Part shown: piece after piece, positions 1 through 13,042 of the stretch
How the letters are laid out: each line of letters begins with the position of its first letter
Position numbering within the stretch: the first letter of the stretch is position 1
Source: Eledone cirrhosa
Taxonomy: Eukaryota
NCBI GenBank assembly: GCA_964016885.1
Contig: OZ024766.1
Location: 8,122,001 to 8,186,000, forward strand
Length of the DNA stretch: 64,000 bases
Direction of reading: 5' to 3'
Notes under the pieces: model-generated
Told to the model about the DNA's origin: nothing
The model's database searches: none
Seen by the model: the letters and a program-made list of their open reading frames with translations, nothing else
Program-made: the position numbers and the translations under genes

Positions 1-34
1 CGAAAACGAGTTGGCAGCCACCATATATATATGC

Positions 35-65
<31 letters not shown>

Positions 66-346
66 TGTGTGTGTGAAGATGTATGTATATATATATAGAT
101 GTATGTGAGTGTATATGTATATATATGTAGATGTGTGTGTATACATATATATCTTGTGTGTGTAAATGCATGTGCTGTACCTATGTGTTTATATATATAT
201 CATCATCATTGTTTAACATCTATCTTCCAAATTAGCATGGGTTAGACGGTTTTGTTCCATTTAGAGGCAAGTTGGGTCAGGTGACCGTGTCTCGCTCGTA
301 CAAGACTGCTAGACTCCCTGGATATATATATATATATATATATATA

Positions 347-898
347 CTAGCAGATTTACCCGGGGTTTGAAATGCAACAAAGAATAAACAAGAAACAAAC
401 GATAATTGTTTCTACTTTAGGCACAAGGCCAGCAATTACCCAGTGCATTACTGGTACTTTATTTTATCGACCCCGTAAGGATGAAAGGCAAAGTCAACCT
501 CGGCGGGATTTGAACTCAGATCGTAAAGGGACGTAACTATCCTGGAAAGCATGGCGTCCGACCCTCTACCGATACTGCCAATCCACCGCCCTTCAAACGA
601 TAATATTAGTGATTTATCTTCAAATGAATCTGATGTTTATATCTGTCAATAAAGTTGGTTATCTCCCTTTTTTTATAAGGATTGTCAATAAAGTTGGTTA
701 TCTCCCTTACAACAATTTTGTTACCGATAATTTTTATATTGATTTTTCATTGCTCAACGTGGGTGTTAGCGACCTTTTCAACGTGCACAGAAAATTTCGT
801 CAAATTCGGTTGGTAATTGTAAAATCCTTAGGTATTCAAAGTTGTACACAGACACACACACATCATTGCTTTTATATATATAAAGATTAAGATAAAGA
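347..898 (-). mobile_element. Probable non-autonomous Helitron, interrupted by a SINE
   Basis: Minus strand begins TC-TTTATATATATAAAAG followed by (GT)n and ends ...CCCCGGGTAAATCTGCTAG|T, matching Helitron termini. Confidence 0.45.
407..593 (-). mobile_element. tRNA-derived SINE (Meta-domain-like) with 11-bp target-site duplication
   Basis: Minus strand shows A box TGGCAGTATCGG, B box GAGTTCAAATCC and central GCCTTTCATCCTTACGGGGTCGATAAAATAAAGTACCAG. CAAACGATAAT flanks both sides (396-406, 594-604). Confidence 0.8.
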
Positions 899-942
899 TA
901 TATATATTGTTTAAAAAATTGTAGGGCGATCAAAATTGATGT

Positions 943-1805
943 TACGGAGTAGGTAGACCCAGAAAAACCTGGGACAACATGATAAATCCCGACCTTGCAC
1001 ACTTACACCTCTTTAAGACAATGTCACTGGACCAAGATCTTTGGCGCCATGCAGTAATGCAGAAGACCCACCTTCCCTACGTACAAGGTTAACCTACAGT
1101 CAGTAGGCACCTCTTAACCAAATATACACCCCCCATCCCACTACCCCCACCCCCACCAACACCACCCCTTTCTCTGTAAAGTTATGTTGGTGCCACAACA
1201 TCCAGTCCTAAATAAATGAGGTCGTGTAGGTGTCACAACAAAAAAAAAACTCCACGCTGTAATGTGGCCGTGTAGGTAACACAGTAAAAAGTTCCCAGTC
1301 CACACTGTAATGTGGCCTTGTAGGTAACACAGTAAAAAGTTCCCAGTCCACGCTGTAATGTGGCCTTGTAGGTAACACAGTAAAAAGTTCCCAGTCCACA
1401 CTGTAATGTGGCCTTGTAGGTAACACAGTAAAAAGTTCCCAGTCCACGCTGTAATGTGGCCTTGTAGGTAACACAGTAAAAAGTTCCCAGTCCACACTGT
1501 AATGTGGCCTTGTAGGTAACACAGTAAAAAGTTCCCAGTCCACACTGTAATGTGGCCTTGTAGGTAACACAGTAAAAAGCTCCCAGTCCACACTGTAAAG
1601 TGGTCATGTAGGTAACACGGTAAAAACCTCCCAGTCCACACTGTAAACGTGGTTGGTGTTAGGAAGGGCATCCAGCCGTAGAAAACCCGCCAGATAGTCC
1701 TATACGAGCAAGACACGGTCTCCCGACCAATCTTGCCTCAAGTGGGACAACTCCCGTCTAACCCATACTAGCATGGAAGATAGACGTTAAACGATGATGA
1801 TGATG
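943..1805 (+). mobile_element. RTE-clade LINE 3' end (ORF C-terminus plus 3' UTR)
   Basis: Translates to GRPRKTWDNMINPDLAHLHL...DQDLWRHAV. Similar to 56.6-57.0 kb and ends in an (ATG)n tail. Confidence 0.7.
1251..1650. repeat. 48-bp minisatellite (~8 copies) in the RTE 3' UTR
   Basis: CCCAGTCCACACTGTAATGTGGCCTTGTAGGTAACACAGTAAAAAGTT repeats at 1294, 1342 and onward. Related units at 4301-4420 and 56760-56860. Confidence 0.9.
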
Positions 1806-2043
1806 GTTATATGTATATACATGTATCATCATCATCATCCCCGTTTTACGATGATGATGATGATTTGTAAAATATACGTGCCAGTCAACAGCATAAACTG
1901 GCTGTATCTGGCCAGAATTCTCTCACCTGTTAGACTTTATGATGGAGGGTAGGTAAATTTGAAAAGTTGAATTATTCAGGTGAAAGTTTATATATACAGG
2001 TTATCAATATAGAAATATATAATTTCCATTGTTGAGTCACAAC

Positions 2044-2093
2044 ATTTTAATATCCTCTCCTCTATATCTTGTTTTGTTTCTCTGTTATTTCAG
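2044..2093 (+). promoter_or_regulatory. 3' splice acceptor of the zinc-finger coding exon
   Basis: Pyrimidine tract TTTTGTTTCTCTGTTATTTCAG|. The same acceptor precedes every family A gene (AG ending 2093, 26194, 34375, 39440, 44373, 49663, 60782). Confidence 0.7.
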
Positions 2094-2460
2094 AATATCA
2101 CCTGACATTGACAGAAGAGAAATTTTAAATTGAGATACATCATCAATATCATCTTTTAAAAGACTAACACAAGATTTTACATAAATCTTTGTCTATAAAA
2201 CATTTGATGAATAACAGCGAAATATTTCTTCTGAATTGAGGTTTGTAAATAAATTTCTCATCTTCACACTCTGGAAAGTGTACGAGAAGATTCTGCATTC
2301 TTATTAAACTTGAATGAATTTACAAAGGAGCTTGCACCATTTTCAGTTGTCAACAAATATCACAGTTGATGGAAATATTTGTTGGGAACAAAACCAAGAA
2401 AAATATCTTTATTTTGTACTGAGAGAAGAAAAGTAAAGATTTATATTTTCACCTGAAGAG

Positions 2461-3324
2461 ATGTCGAAGGAGATAGGGGAATCATTATATCACTGTGATG
2501 TCTGTGGTAAATCATTCGCTGAAGAAGATAGCCTCTCAACTCATAAATGTACTCATACAGGAGAGAAGCCATATCATTGTGATATCTGCAGTAAATCATT
2601 TTCTCATAAATGTAATCTAATTACGCACAAACGCGTTCATACAGGAGAGAAGCCATACCACTGTGATGTTTGTGGTAAGTTATTCTCCCATGTAGCTAGT
2701 TTAATGAGTCATAAATATATTCATACAGGAGAGAAGGCATATCAATGTGATGTTTGTGGTAAATCATTCTTACGGACAGCTAGCTTAATAACACACAAAT
2801 ACACTCATACAGGAGAGAAACCACATCAGTGTGATGTCTGTGGTAAATCCTTCTCCTGTACACCTAGCTTAACAAGACACAAGCGTACGCATACAGGAGA
2901 GAAACCACATCAGTGTGATGTCTGTGGTAAATCGTTCTCTGAGAAAAGTAAACTCACCAATCATAAACGAAATCATACAGGAGAGAAGCCATATCACTGT
3001 GATATCTGTAGTAAATCATTTTCGCTGAAATGTAACCTTACTACACACAAACGTACTCATACTGGAGAGAAGCCATTCAGCTGTGATATCTGCGGTAAAT
3101 ATTTCACGCAGGCAGGCTATTTAACGGCTCACAAATATACGCATACAGGAGAGAAGCCTTACAGCTGTGATGTCTGTGGTATATCGTTCTCTATGACAAG
3201 TAACTTAACTGCACACAAACGTATTCATACAGGTGAGAAACCTTACAGCTGCGACATCTGTGGTAAGTCCTTCTCACGTAGAGGTCACCTAGCTAAACAT
3301 ATTCGTATTCATACAGGCATATAA
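2461..3324 (+). CDS. C2H2 zinc-finger protein, family A copy 1 (10 fingers)
   Basis: 287-aa ORF of CxxC-x12-HxxxH repeats with TGEKP linkers. No effector domain. Most divergent copy. Confidence 0.9.
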   Translation: MSKEIGESLYHCDVCGKSFAEEDSLSTHKCTHTGEKPYHCDICSKSFSHKCNLITHKRVHTGEKPYHCDVCGKLFSHVASLMSHKYIHTGEKAYQCDVCGKSFLRTASLITHKYTHTGEKPHQCDVCGKSFSCTPSLTRHKRTHTGEKPHQCDVCGKSFSEKSKLTNHKRNHTGEKPYHCDICSKSFSLKCNLTTHKRTHTGEKPFSCDICGKYFTQAGYLTAHKYTHTGEKPYSCDVCGISFSMTSNLTAHKRIHTGEKPYSCDICGKSFSRRGHLAKHIRIHTGI

Positions 3325-3654
3325 ATACATCTATGAGTTTGCTGTTAGGAAGTGCATCCAGCTGTAAAATACCCAGGCCAAATTTACAGTCCTCGCGGAA
3401 GCAAGGTGCAACACATGGTCAACTCTGGCCAGATGTGCATGACTTGTCTAACCCATGAAAGCGTGGAAGAATTGACGTTAAATGGAGATGATGATGCATG
3501 TTGCCATTTTTGGTATCTTATTTTATAAGAAATAATTTCTGAAGATGAATAAAAATAATTGTAATAATATTAATTGTTTGTTTTATATAAAAATTCTTGT
3601 TGGTTTGTCTGGTGTCAGGATTTCTATATATATCATCATCATTCATGATTCATC

Positions 3655-3985
3655 ATTTCAATTTACGTCCACTTGTCCCTGCTTGCAAGGGTGGGACGGG
3701 AACTGATGCTGGCTTGATTTCTACAGCTGGATGACCTTCCTAACACCAACCTCATTTACAGTGAGTGCTGGGTGCTTTTTTGCTGTGGCACCTCCACGAC
3801 CACTTTGCAGTGGAATGATAGGGACCCCAGTCCCTATCATCTCATTTCTACAGCTGAGTAAACTGGAGCAATGTGAAATAAAGTGTCTTGCTCAAGGAAA
3901 CAACACATCACCCGGTCTGAGAATTGAACTCACAACCTTTCGATTGCAAGGCCAATGCTCTAACCACTAAGCCATGTGCCTCCAT
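3655..3985 (-). mobile_element. tRNA-derived CORE-like SINE with RTE-type 3' tail
   Basis: Minus strand has TGGCTTAGTGG (A box), GAGTTCAATTC (B box) and CCTTGAGCAAGACACTT (CORE-like). Near-identical to 52153-52487. Confidence 0.75.
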
Positions 3986-4004
3986 CATTATATATATATA
4001 TATA

Positions 4005-4780
4005 ATCCAGACTGTAAACATGGTTGGTCCACACTGTAAACGTGGTTGGTGTTAGGAAGGGCATCCAGCGGTAGAAAACCTGCCAGATAGTCCTATATGA
4101 GCGAGACACAGTCACCCGACCACTCTTGCCTCAAGTGGGACAACTCCCGTCTAACCCATGCTAGCGTGGAAAGTGGACGTTAAACGAGGATGATGATGAT
4201 AATTGTATCAATATACGAGGTGTGTCAGAAAAGTTCCAGGACTGATGTCACAAAAGATTTATTTCAAACCCAAACTTCACACTAAGAGTTTTCTCCTAAA
4301 AGGCTCCCAGTCCACACTGTAAAGTGGTTGTGTAGGAGACACAGTAAAAAGGCTCCCAGTCCACACTGTAAAGTGGTCATGTAGGAGACACGGTAAAAAG
4401 GCTCCCAGTCCACACTGTAAATGTGGTTGGTGTTAGGAAGGGCATCCAGCTGTAAAAAAAACTGCCAGAAATGCTCCTGTGCGAGCAAGACATGGTCTCC
4501 CAACCAGTCCCGTGTTGAATGGAACAAAACCGTCTAACCCATGCTAGCGTGGAAGATGGATGTTAAATGATTCATGATGTTGTTATATACATACAGTCAT
4601 GTTGGAGCCTGACAAAAAGCAGCCAGTACTCACTGTAAATGAGGTTGGCATTAGAGAAGGGCATCTAGAAACATTTCTGTGTGAGCAAGACATGGTCACC
4701 TGACCCAATCTACTTCAAACAGGACAACCTGTCTGACCCATGCTGATGTGGAAAAATGGGCTTTAAATGGTGATGATAAA
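4005..4780 (+). mobile_element. Three tandem RTE 3'-UTR/tail fragments
   Basis: Repeated GTTGGTGTTAGGAAGGGCATCCAGC...CTAACCCATGCTAGCGTGGAA...GATGATGAT, as at 1650-1805. Confidence 0.6.
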
Positions 4781-4854
4781 GCACATGACACACATATATA
4801 TTAATAATATGTGTGTGTATATATAACTATATATATATGTGTGTGTGTGTGTAT

Positions 4855-5312
4855 CATCATCATCATCATCATCATTTTACGTCCGCTTTTCCCTGCTTGC
4901 AAGGGTGGGACGGGAACTGATTCTGGCTTGATTTCTACAGCTGGATGCCCTTCCTAACACCAACCTCATTTACAGTGAGTGCTGGATGCTTTTTTGCCGT
5001 GGCACCTCCACGACTACTTTGCAGTGGAATGATAGGGACCCCAGTCCCTATCATCTCATTTCTACAGGTGGATGCCCTTCCTAACACCAACCTCATTTAC
5101 AGTGTGGGCTGGGTGCTTTTTTGCCGTGGCACCTCCACGACCACTTTGCAGTGGAATGATAGGGACCCCAGTCCCTATCATCTCATTTCTACAGCTTTAT
5201 TTATTCTAAATAAAGTGTCTTGTTCAAGGAAACAACACATCACCTGGTCTGAGAATTGAACTCACAACCTTTCGATTGCAAGGCCAATACTCTAACCACT
5301 GAGCCATGTGCC
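4855..5312 (-). mobile_element. CORE-like SINE copy with internal duplication
   Basis: Same family as 3655-3985. The segment at about 4940-5066 is repeated at 5067-5193. Confidence 0.7.
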
Positions 5313-5488
5313 TATATATATATGAAGTATTTCCGTAGGAAGGGTAAAGGAAAAGAGAGTACTCTATGTAGGCTACAGAGCTTTTTAATTATGTAATAAA
5401 CAACATAAGATAATTATTTCATTTACCAGTGGTTTCTTGAAGACAGATGTTTATTCTGATGACTGAAGACAGATATAAAAATGTTCAC

Positions 5489-6966
5489 CTTCTTCACCCA
5501 TCGGTCATCCTCCATGCGCATCACATGTCCACCTCAGTCTCCTCTCCCGTACACTACATTCTATCCCTCTCAGACACAGTTTCTCTCTCAACACATCACA
5601 TGTCCATACCACCTCAGTCTCCTCTCTCGTACACTACATTCTATCCCTCTCAGACACAGTTTCTCTCTCAACACATCACATGTCCATACCACCTCAGTCT
5701 CCTCTCCCGTACACTACATTCTATCCCTCTCAGACACAGTTTCTCTCTCAACACATCACATGTCCATACCACCTCAGTCTCCTCTCTCGTACACTACATT
5801 CTATCCCTCTCAGACACAGTTTCTCTCTCAACACATCACATGTCCATACCACCTCAGTCTCCTCTCTCGTACACTACATTCTATCCCTCTCAGACACAGT
5901 TTCTCTCTCAACACATCACATGTCCATACCACCTCAGTCTCCTCTCCCGTACACTACATTCTATCCCTCTCAGACACAGTTTCTCTCTCAACACATCACA
6001 TGTCCATACCACCTCAGTCTCCTCTCTCGTACACTACATTCTATCCCTCTCAGACACAGTTTCTCTCTCAACACATCACATGTCCATACCACCTCAGTCT
6101 CCTCTCTCGTACACTACATTCTATCCCTCTCAGACACAGTTTCTCTCTCAACACATCACATGTCCATACCACCTCAGTCTCCTCTCTCGTACACTACATT
6201 CTATCCCTCTCAGACACAGTTTCTCTCTCAACACATCACATGTCCATACCACCTCAGTCTCCTCTCCCGTACACTACATTCTATCCCTCTCAGACACAGT
6301 TTCTCTCTCAACACATCACATGTCCATACCACCTCAGTCTCCTCTCTCGTACACTACATTCTATCCCTCTCAGACACAGTTTCTCTCTCAACACATCACA
6401 TGTCCATACCACCTCAGTCTCCTCTCTCGTACACTACATTCTATCCCTCTCAGACACAGTTTCTCTCTCAACACATCACATGTCCATACCACCTCAGTCT
6501 CCTCTCTCACACACTACATTCTATCCCTCTCAGACACAGTTTCTCTCTCAACACATCACATGTCCATACCACCTCAGTCTCCTCTCCCGTACACTACATT
6601 CTATCCCTCTCAGACACAGTTTCTCTCTCAACACGTTCATGCTGGGTTGTTCACGCACATTTACACTGCACATCCATCGGAGCATGCTTGCCTCATTTCT
6701 CTCCAGCCGTCACATATCCTCTGCAGTTGCTGCCCATGTCTCACTACCATGCAGCATCGCGCTCCTCACACAGGCATCATAAACCAGCCTTTCGTACGCA
6801 GGGAGAAACCCTTCTTCATCAACAGAGGAAGCAGCTCCCTAAACTGCTTCCAACCCGTCCTTATTCTAGATACTATGGCCTCGGAACACCCTCCTCCCAT
6901 GCTAATCTGATCTCCTAGGTACCGGAAGCTATCCACCACTTCTATAGCGCCCTCTTGCATTTGAAA
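5489..6966 (-). mobile_element. RTE LINE fragment with internal 80-bp tandem amplification
   Basis: Reverse complement matches 11447-11890 (QEGAIEVVDSFRYLGDQIS...). Confidence 0.85.
5521..6633. repeat. 80-bp minisatellite, ~14 copies, derived from RTE coding sequence
   Basis: TGTCCATACCACCTCAGTCTCC... recurs at 5601, 5681 and on to 6561. Confidence 0.95.
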
Positions 6967-7489
6967 TATATATATATATATATATATACACAAACTCACA
7001 TATATAGTTATATACTTACACATACATGTATATATATATATATCTCATTAGATGTCTGCTTTCAATTAATTTTTTTATACTTGTTCTTAATAAACTATAT
7101 GTATGTATAGATGTATATATGTATGTATAGATGTATATATATATATATATATACATATATATGGAAAGTTATATTTAAATTGTTGGGTTAACAACGAGTA
7201 AATATTTATAACTGATATAAAAGCACTCAACAAGTATTTGGAGTATATTTATGATATTAAATAAATGGAAACTATATTTATAAAACCATATTTATTTCGT
7301 TATATATATTTCAGGGATATCATATTAACAATATGCATTTCTTCTTTTTCTTCGTTTCTCTTTCTTTCTTTCTTTTTCTCTTTCTTTTTACAACTGTCCA
7401 CAATATTTTTTACTGCCAAATCAACCTCCCAAATGCAAGGTGATTGAAAGGTATGTCGTATCTATTTATTTATAAGACTGTTTATATTG

Positions 7490-7555
7490 TATTTTGTCTG
7501 AAGAAGGCATAACATATTGTTAATATGATATCCCTGAAATATATATAACGAAATA
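7490..7555 (+). ncRNA. Candidate type I minimal hammerhead ribozyme (Penelope-type)
   Basis: Stem I TATTTTGT/ACGAAATA, core CTGAAGA (7498), stem II of ~14 positions with two mismatches, GAAA (7536), palindromic stem III TATATA, TA site. Overlaps the right arm of the inverted repeat 7250-7597. Confidence 0.65.
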
Positions 7556-7984
7556 AATATGGTTTTATAAATATAGTTTCCATTTATTTAATATCATATA
7601 TATATATATATATATATATATAAGTAAGATGTATGGTAGGTCGTATGTGAATCGCGATGATCACGTCTGACCTACCAAATATGTGACGGTAGCTAGTTAA
7701 GCTCTATGCGTATACGCAGAACAGAAATATTAGTGAAAAAGAACAAAGGAACTATTATGACACTATAACAAGTTTATTGCCGACAGCCGTTTCGTCCGAC
7801 CCCATGGTGGGACTTATCAAGGCATATAACATGTGATTGCAAGATCATTGTTTACATCAACGTATCACTCAAGGCTAGCAGTTTGAAATTGTTGTATACA
7901 TCAGCAACCCCGCTTGTGTAGTTGGGGTCTATATTCTAAGGGGAGTTGCTGATGTATACCACAATTTCAAACTGCTAGCCTTGA

Positions 7985-8481
<497 letters not shown>

Positions 8482-8741
8482 GATAGCAGCTGTTTTAGGT
8501 TATGTAACTGTTATAGAAACACGTGTCAATAAATTCCTTTCAACTAAACTGTATCCATTCAAATCTTTCTATTTTTCTCCGGATTACTTTTGGAACTACA
8601 ACTGGAACCGTCGAGCAAACTCTACGTGAGCTGATAATCTACTGTGTGTAATATTTATATTACAACACAACGGAAAATACTGTATATATATATATGTATA
8701 TATAATATAAGATCAAAAGATGGTTAAAGGAGTTCCATATA

Positions 8742-8802
8742 TTTTATTATGCGCATTTCAAAAATCATCAAACAATAATATTTGCGTTTTCATCAGATAA
8801 AA
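8742..8802 (-). ncRNA. Candidate minimal hammerhead ribozyme (mirror copy)
   Basis: Reverse complement of 8930-8990. Confidence 0.65.
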
Positions 8803-8929
8803 CAGGAGAACATGATATGAAGGCTAAAAAACACTTGTTGATAGTGCAGTTTAAAATCAACATATCATATGTTGATTTAAAACTGCACTATCAACAAGTG
8901 TTGTTTAGCCTTCATATCATGTTCTCCTG

Positions 8930-8990
8930 TTTTATCTGATGAAAACGCAAATATTATTGTTTGATGATTTTTGAAATGCGCATAATAAAA
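8930..8990 (+). ncRNA. Candidate type I minimal hammerhead ribozyme
   Basis: TTTTAT-CTGATGA-(stem II)-GAAA-TGCGCA-TA-ATAAAA: perfect 6-bp stem I, intact core and palindromic stem III. Confidence 0.7.
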
Positions 8991-9136
8991 TATATGGAAC
9001 TCCTTTAACCATCTTTTGATCTTATATTATGCATACTCCAGTCCCACAAACTGTAGAGTGCTTCTTATACGATATCTGCATTGCTTTATTGTACTACAAT
9101 AAAACTCACCTCCTACATTATGTATATATATATATG

Positions 9137-9251
<115 letters not shown>

Positions 9252-9294
9252 GTAAATATATATATTTATATATATATTTATTTATATATATATA

Positions 9295-9750
9295 CAGTGG
9301 AGCTAACACCAGAGCAAAAGACAGCAACGAGGAGTACTGGGAAACCTCTCTAATGATTTTTGAGGCAAGCCAGCACACTGGCAGCGTTGCCTCAGGTGAT
9401 GGCGAGACTGGGGTGCTGGAACAGCTAAGCTCCCTCGCGAGATTCGCCAGTTACCTCTATTAGGTGAGCCGCCCGTGAAGAGAGGAACCTCGCAGTCAGC
9501 GGCCCGACTCCCTCAAACAAATCTAAAGCCGAAGGCTGAAAAATGTAGTTGGGTGACAGATCAGAGTATTTGAGGGTCTTACTCCGCTCGGCTGCAGAAG
9601 CTGTGGATCTCGTCCTAACCGCAGCATCCTGGATGTGGGAAGAAGCAAAAGAGAAGTTCGTCCGTCGCTAAGAGCAAGCTTTTGTTGATCTAGAATAGAG
9701 ATTCTCAGACTTTTGGGGTCATCGCTCTCCCCACTCACCATCCCAGGGTG
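9295..9750 (-). mobile_element. CRE-like (RLE-endonuclease) non-LTR retrotransposon 3' fragment, degenerate
   Basis: Minus frame reads ...SAAERSKTLKYSDLSPNYIFQPSAL.LFEGVGP..., resembling the AE..K..KY....F.P...E..G motif. Longer, independent relative of the intronic copies. Confidence 0.6.
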
Positions 9751-9810
9751 CCCCCACCAAAAACCCTATTTCCAAAGAGACCTGCCTTCACACAAATTGT
9801 AAATAATCTA

Positions 9811-10906
9811 TCTATATATATAAAACTGTGGTTGTCTGTCTGTCTATCGATTTTTGGCACACATCTCCTCTTAGAATCTCTCACGGAATTGCACCGAAAT
9901 TGCTATACTTGTACATTGAGCCCTAGCGAAGAGATCGGAAAAAAAAATATTTCAAATTGACCCACCCTATGTGACGAAATCGAATATAATGTATCGATTT
10001 TTGAGCGTAAGTTATCAGTTATTTCCCTTTGTTCTGTTTACATTGAGCGTCTTACGTAAAAAATCTATATATATAAAACTGTGGTTGTCTGTCTGTCTAT
10101 CGATTTTTGGCACACATCTCCTCTTAGAATCTCTCACGGAATTGCACCGAAATTGCTATACTTGTACATTGAGCCCTAGCGAAGACATCGGGAAAAAAAA
10201 TATTTCAAATTGACCCACCCTATGTGACGAAATTGAATATAATGTATCGATTTTTGAGCGTAAGATATCAGTTATTTCCCTTTGTTCTGTTTACATTGAG
10301 CGTCTTACGTAAAAAATTACGCTGGCTCTCTCAGCGTTTAAAATGACATTAACACAATACACGAACAGTTGTCGTTTTGCTTCATTTCCATTTAAAAGCA
10401 TTTTAAAACAATATTTTTACTTGAAAACAAGTCTATTTAAAGACTACGTAAAACAAGCAAATATTTCGTCGTTAGGCGTGCAGACAGATAGTCGTGCAGA
10501 GAGGTGATATACGCGTGCAGACAGACAGTCGTGCAGAGAGGTGATATAGGCGTGCAGACAGATAGTCGTGCAGAGAGGTGATATAGGCGTGCAGACAGAC
10601 ATAACTGATAATTTGGTTACGCTAATGTTTTTCTCTGCGTTGCAGTGTTTACATTTTCGATCTTTGTTAATAAATAACCAGTGCAGTTTCTATCCCCAGC
10701 ATCCTCTTTTGTTATAACATTCGGGTTATCGTTATGTTTTCTTAACTTCATAAGGCATATTGTTGGTTGAGGGAATATTAATCAAAAACACCACATGCAA
10801 GTCTGCACAGTAGACACTACAGTTGTTAAGCCAAGAAAGAAACTTAACATTGTAACTTTAACACAGCTACTGAGCGACCCCGAGCAACGCCGGGCTTTAC
10901 TGCTAG
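9811..10906 (+). mobile_element. Non-autonomous Helitron with duplicated 5' end and internal 37-bp repeats
   Basis: A|TCTATATATATAAAA 5' end at 9811 and again at 10064. 3' hairpin CCCG...CGGG followed by CTAG|T at 10903-10907. 37-bp repeat at 10476-10600. Confidence 0.75.
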
Positions 10907-11436
10907 TATATGATAAATAAAATCGTTAATTTATATATAATAAATAATATATTTACTATGTATAAATATATACTATATATTTTTATTTTACTATATATAT
11001 ACTCTTTTACCCGTTGAGGCCATGCTGGGGCACCGCCCTTGTTGCTACACATTCTATCTCCAGCCTCTGTTGGCTGGCCATTGGTGTAGGAGGGAGTTTA
11101 TTGCTGCTGTCCTTAGGTTACCTTCGTACTTTACTGTGGGCTCATACGGGTTTCCTGGATTATAAGGTGTCGATACATTTCTTGAAAACACCCACCTCCA
11201 CACCATGCAGATCTCTCAGATCCCCCAGCAGCTTGTATATAATAAATAATTGTTTCTACTTTAGGCACAAGGCCAGCAAATACCTAGTACATTACTGGTA
11301 CTTTATTTTATCGACGCCGTAAGGATGAAAGCAAAGTCAACCTCAATGTAATATATATACTATGTATAAATAATTATTATATATTTTTATTTTACTATAT
11401 ATATATATATATAATAAATAATATAATATATATACT

Positions 11437-12090
11437 TTTTTTTTTTTTCAAATGCGAGAGGGCGCTATAGAAGTGGTGGATAGCTTCCGGTACCTAGGAG
11501 ATCAGATTAGCATGGGAGGAGGGTGTTCCGAGGCCATAGTATCTAGAATAAGGACGGGTTGGAAGAAGTTTAGGGAGCTGCTTCCTCTGTTGACGAAGAA
11601 GGGTTTCTCCCTGCGTACGAAAGGCCGGTTGTATGATGCCTGTGTGAGGAGCGCGATGCTGCATGGTAGTGAGACATAGGCAGCTACCGCAGAAGATATG
11701 CGACGGCTGGAGAGAAATGAGGCAAGTATGCTCCGTTGGATGTGCAGTGTAAATGTGCGTGAACGACCCAGCATAAATGTGTTGAGAGAGAAACTGTGTC
11801 TGAGAGGGATAGAATGTAGTGTACGGGAGAGGAGACTGAGGTGGTATGGACATGTGATGCGCATGGAGGATGACCGATGGGTGAAGAAGTGCCAGGAAAT
11901 GCCAGTTGAAGGAAGACGTGGTAGAGGTAGACCACGAAAAACATGGGCGGAGGTGGTGAGAACAGACCTCAGATCATTGAAGCTCACGGTGGAGATGACG
12001 AAGGATCGTGACGAGTGGAGAGATGCTGTGCTGAATAAGACCCGTCCCACCCTTGCAAGCAGGGAAAAGCGGACGTAAAATGATGATGAT
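11437..12090 (+). mobile_element. 5'-truncated RTE LINE (RT C-terminal region, in-frame stop)
   Basis: FRYLG, LYDACVRSAMLHGSET*, RLRWYGHVMRM and RGRGRPRKTW motifs, then an (ATG)n tail. Confidence 0.9.
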
Positions 12091-12289
12091 ACTATGTATA
12101 AATAAATATTATATATTTTTTATTTTACTATATATATATATATTAATATATATATATAGAGAGAGAGAGAGAGGAAAAGGGTCAAGAGACCTACGGCAGA
12201 GCTCAAGCCATTTCGACGTGCATGGCTAAACACATCTATATACATTTATACACACACAAAAAAATTGGTTGAAGGCAGACGACATCTAA

Positions 12290-12353
<64 letters not shown>

Positions 12354-13008
12354 GTATATATATATATATACACACACACATATATATATGTATGTGTAAA
12401 TACATAACTATATGTGTGTGTGTGTGCGTGTTTGTTGTCATGTGTGTACGGTTTTCTCTGTGTGCGTACGCCTGTTGATGTCCGTCTGTGTGTGTTTACA
12501 TTTGGCATTAATAAACTTCGAGCTCCCTATATTTATTGAAATATTATTAATAACAAATAATTGTTTCTACTTTTGGCACAAGGCCAGTAATTACCCAGTG
12601 CATTACTAATAATAACAAAGAACTACATTTAAATACTTTTTTTTTATGAATAAAAACACAAACTTCTTCGTAAGAAACCGTATGATTACGACTTTTTTTT
12701 TTAAATATTCGAATATAAAATACTTTTAAGCCCACGTTTATTTAACGACTTCAATAATAAAGAGAATTGTGTGAAAGATATTTAAAAAGTTTTCATATTT
12801 AAAAACAAAATTGCTAAAATTCAATAGTACCCATGATGCTCTAGTAGAAGGAATGAACGAGTTAGCGACATCAGTTCCTCGGAAAATGTTTTGGGGAAAT
12901 CTCAAGAACGATAACTCTGTCTGGCTTTAATCGCAAAAATGGGTGCAAAAAATGTTTTTGTTTTTGGAAATTTTGTTTTGCATCGTTTTAGGAATTTAAT
13001 TAATTCAA

Positions 13009-13042
<34 letters not shown>

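Larger units (their letters stand above)
8702..9030. repeat. Near-perfect ~330-bp palindrome (Penelope-like inverted terminal repeats)
   Basis: Arms of ~160 bp mirror each other around ~8866 with almost no loop. Confidence 0.9.

Noticed and set aside
1141-1716. 191-aa minus ORF with 16-aa repeats
   Set aside because: Translation of the 48-bp minisatellite in an RTE 3' UTR.
5450-5480. CTGATGA as a hammerhead core
   Set aside because: No correctly placed GAAA or closing stems downstream.
5447-6918. Three long overlapping + strand ORFs (412-487 aa)
   Set aside because: Artefact of a stop-free 80-bp repeat read antisense to an RTE fragment.
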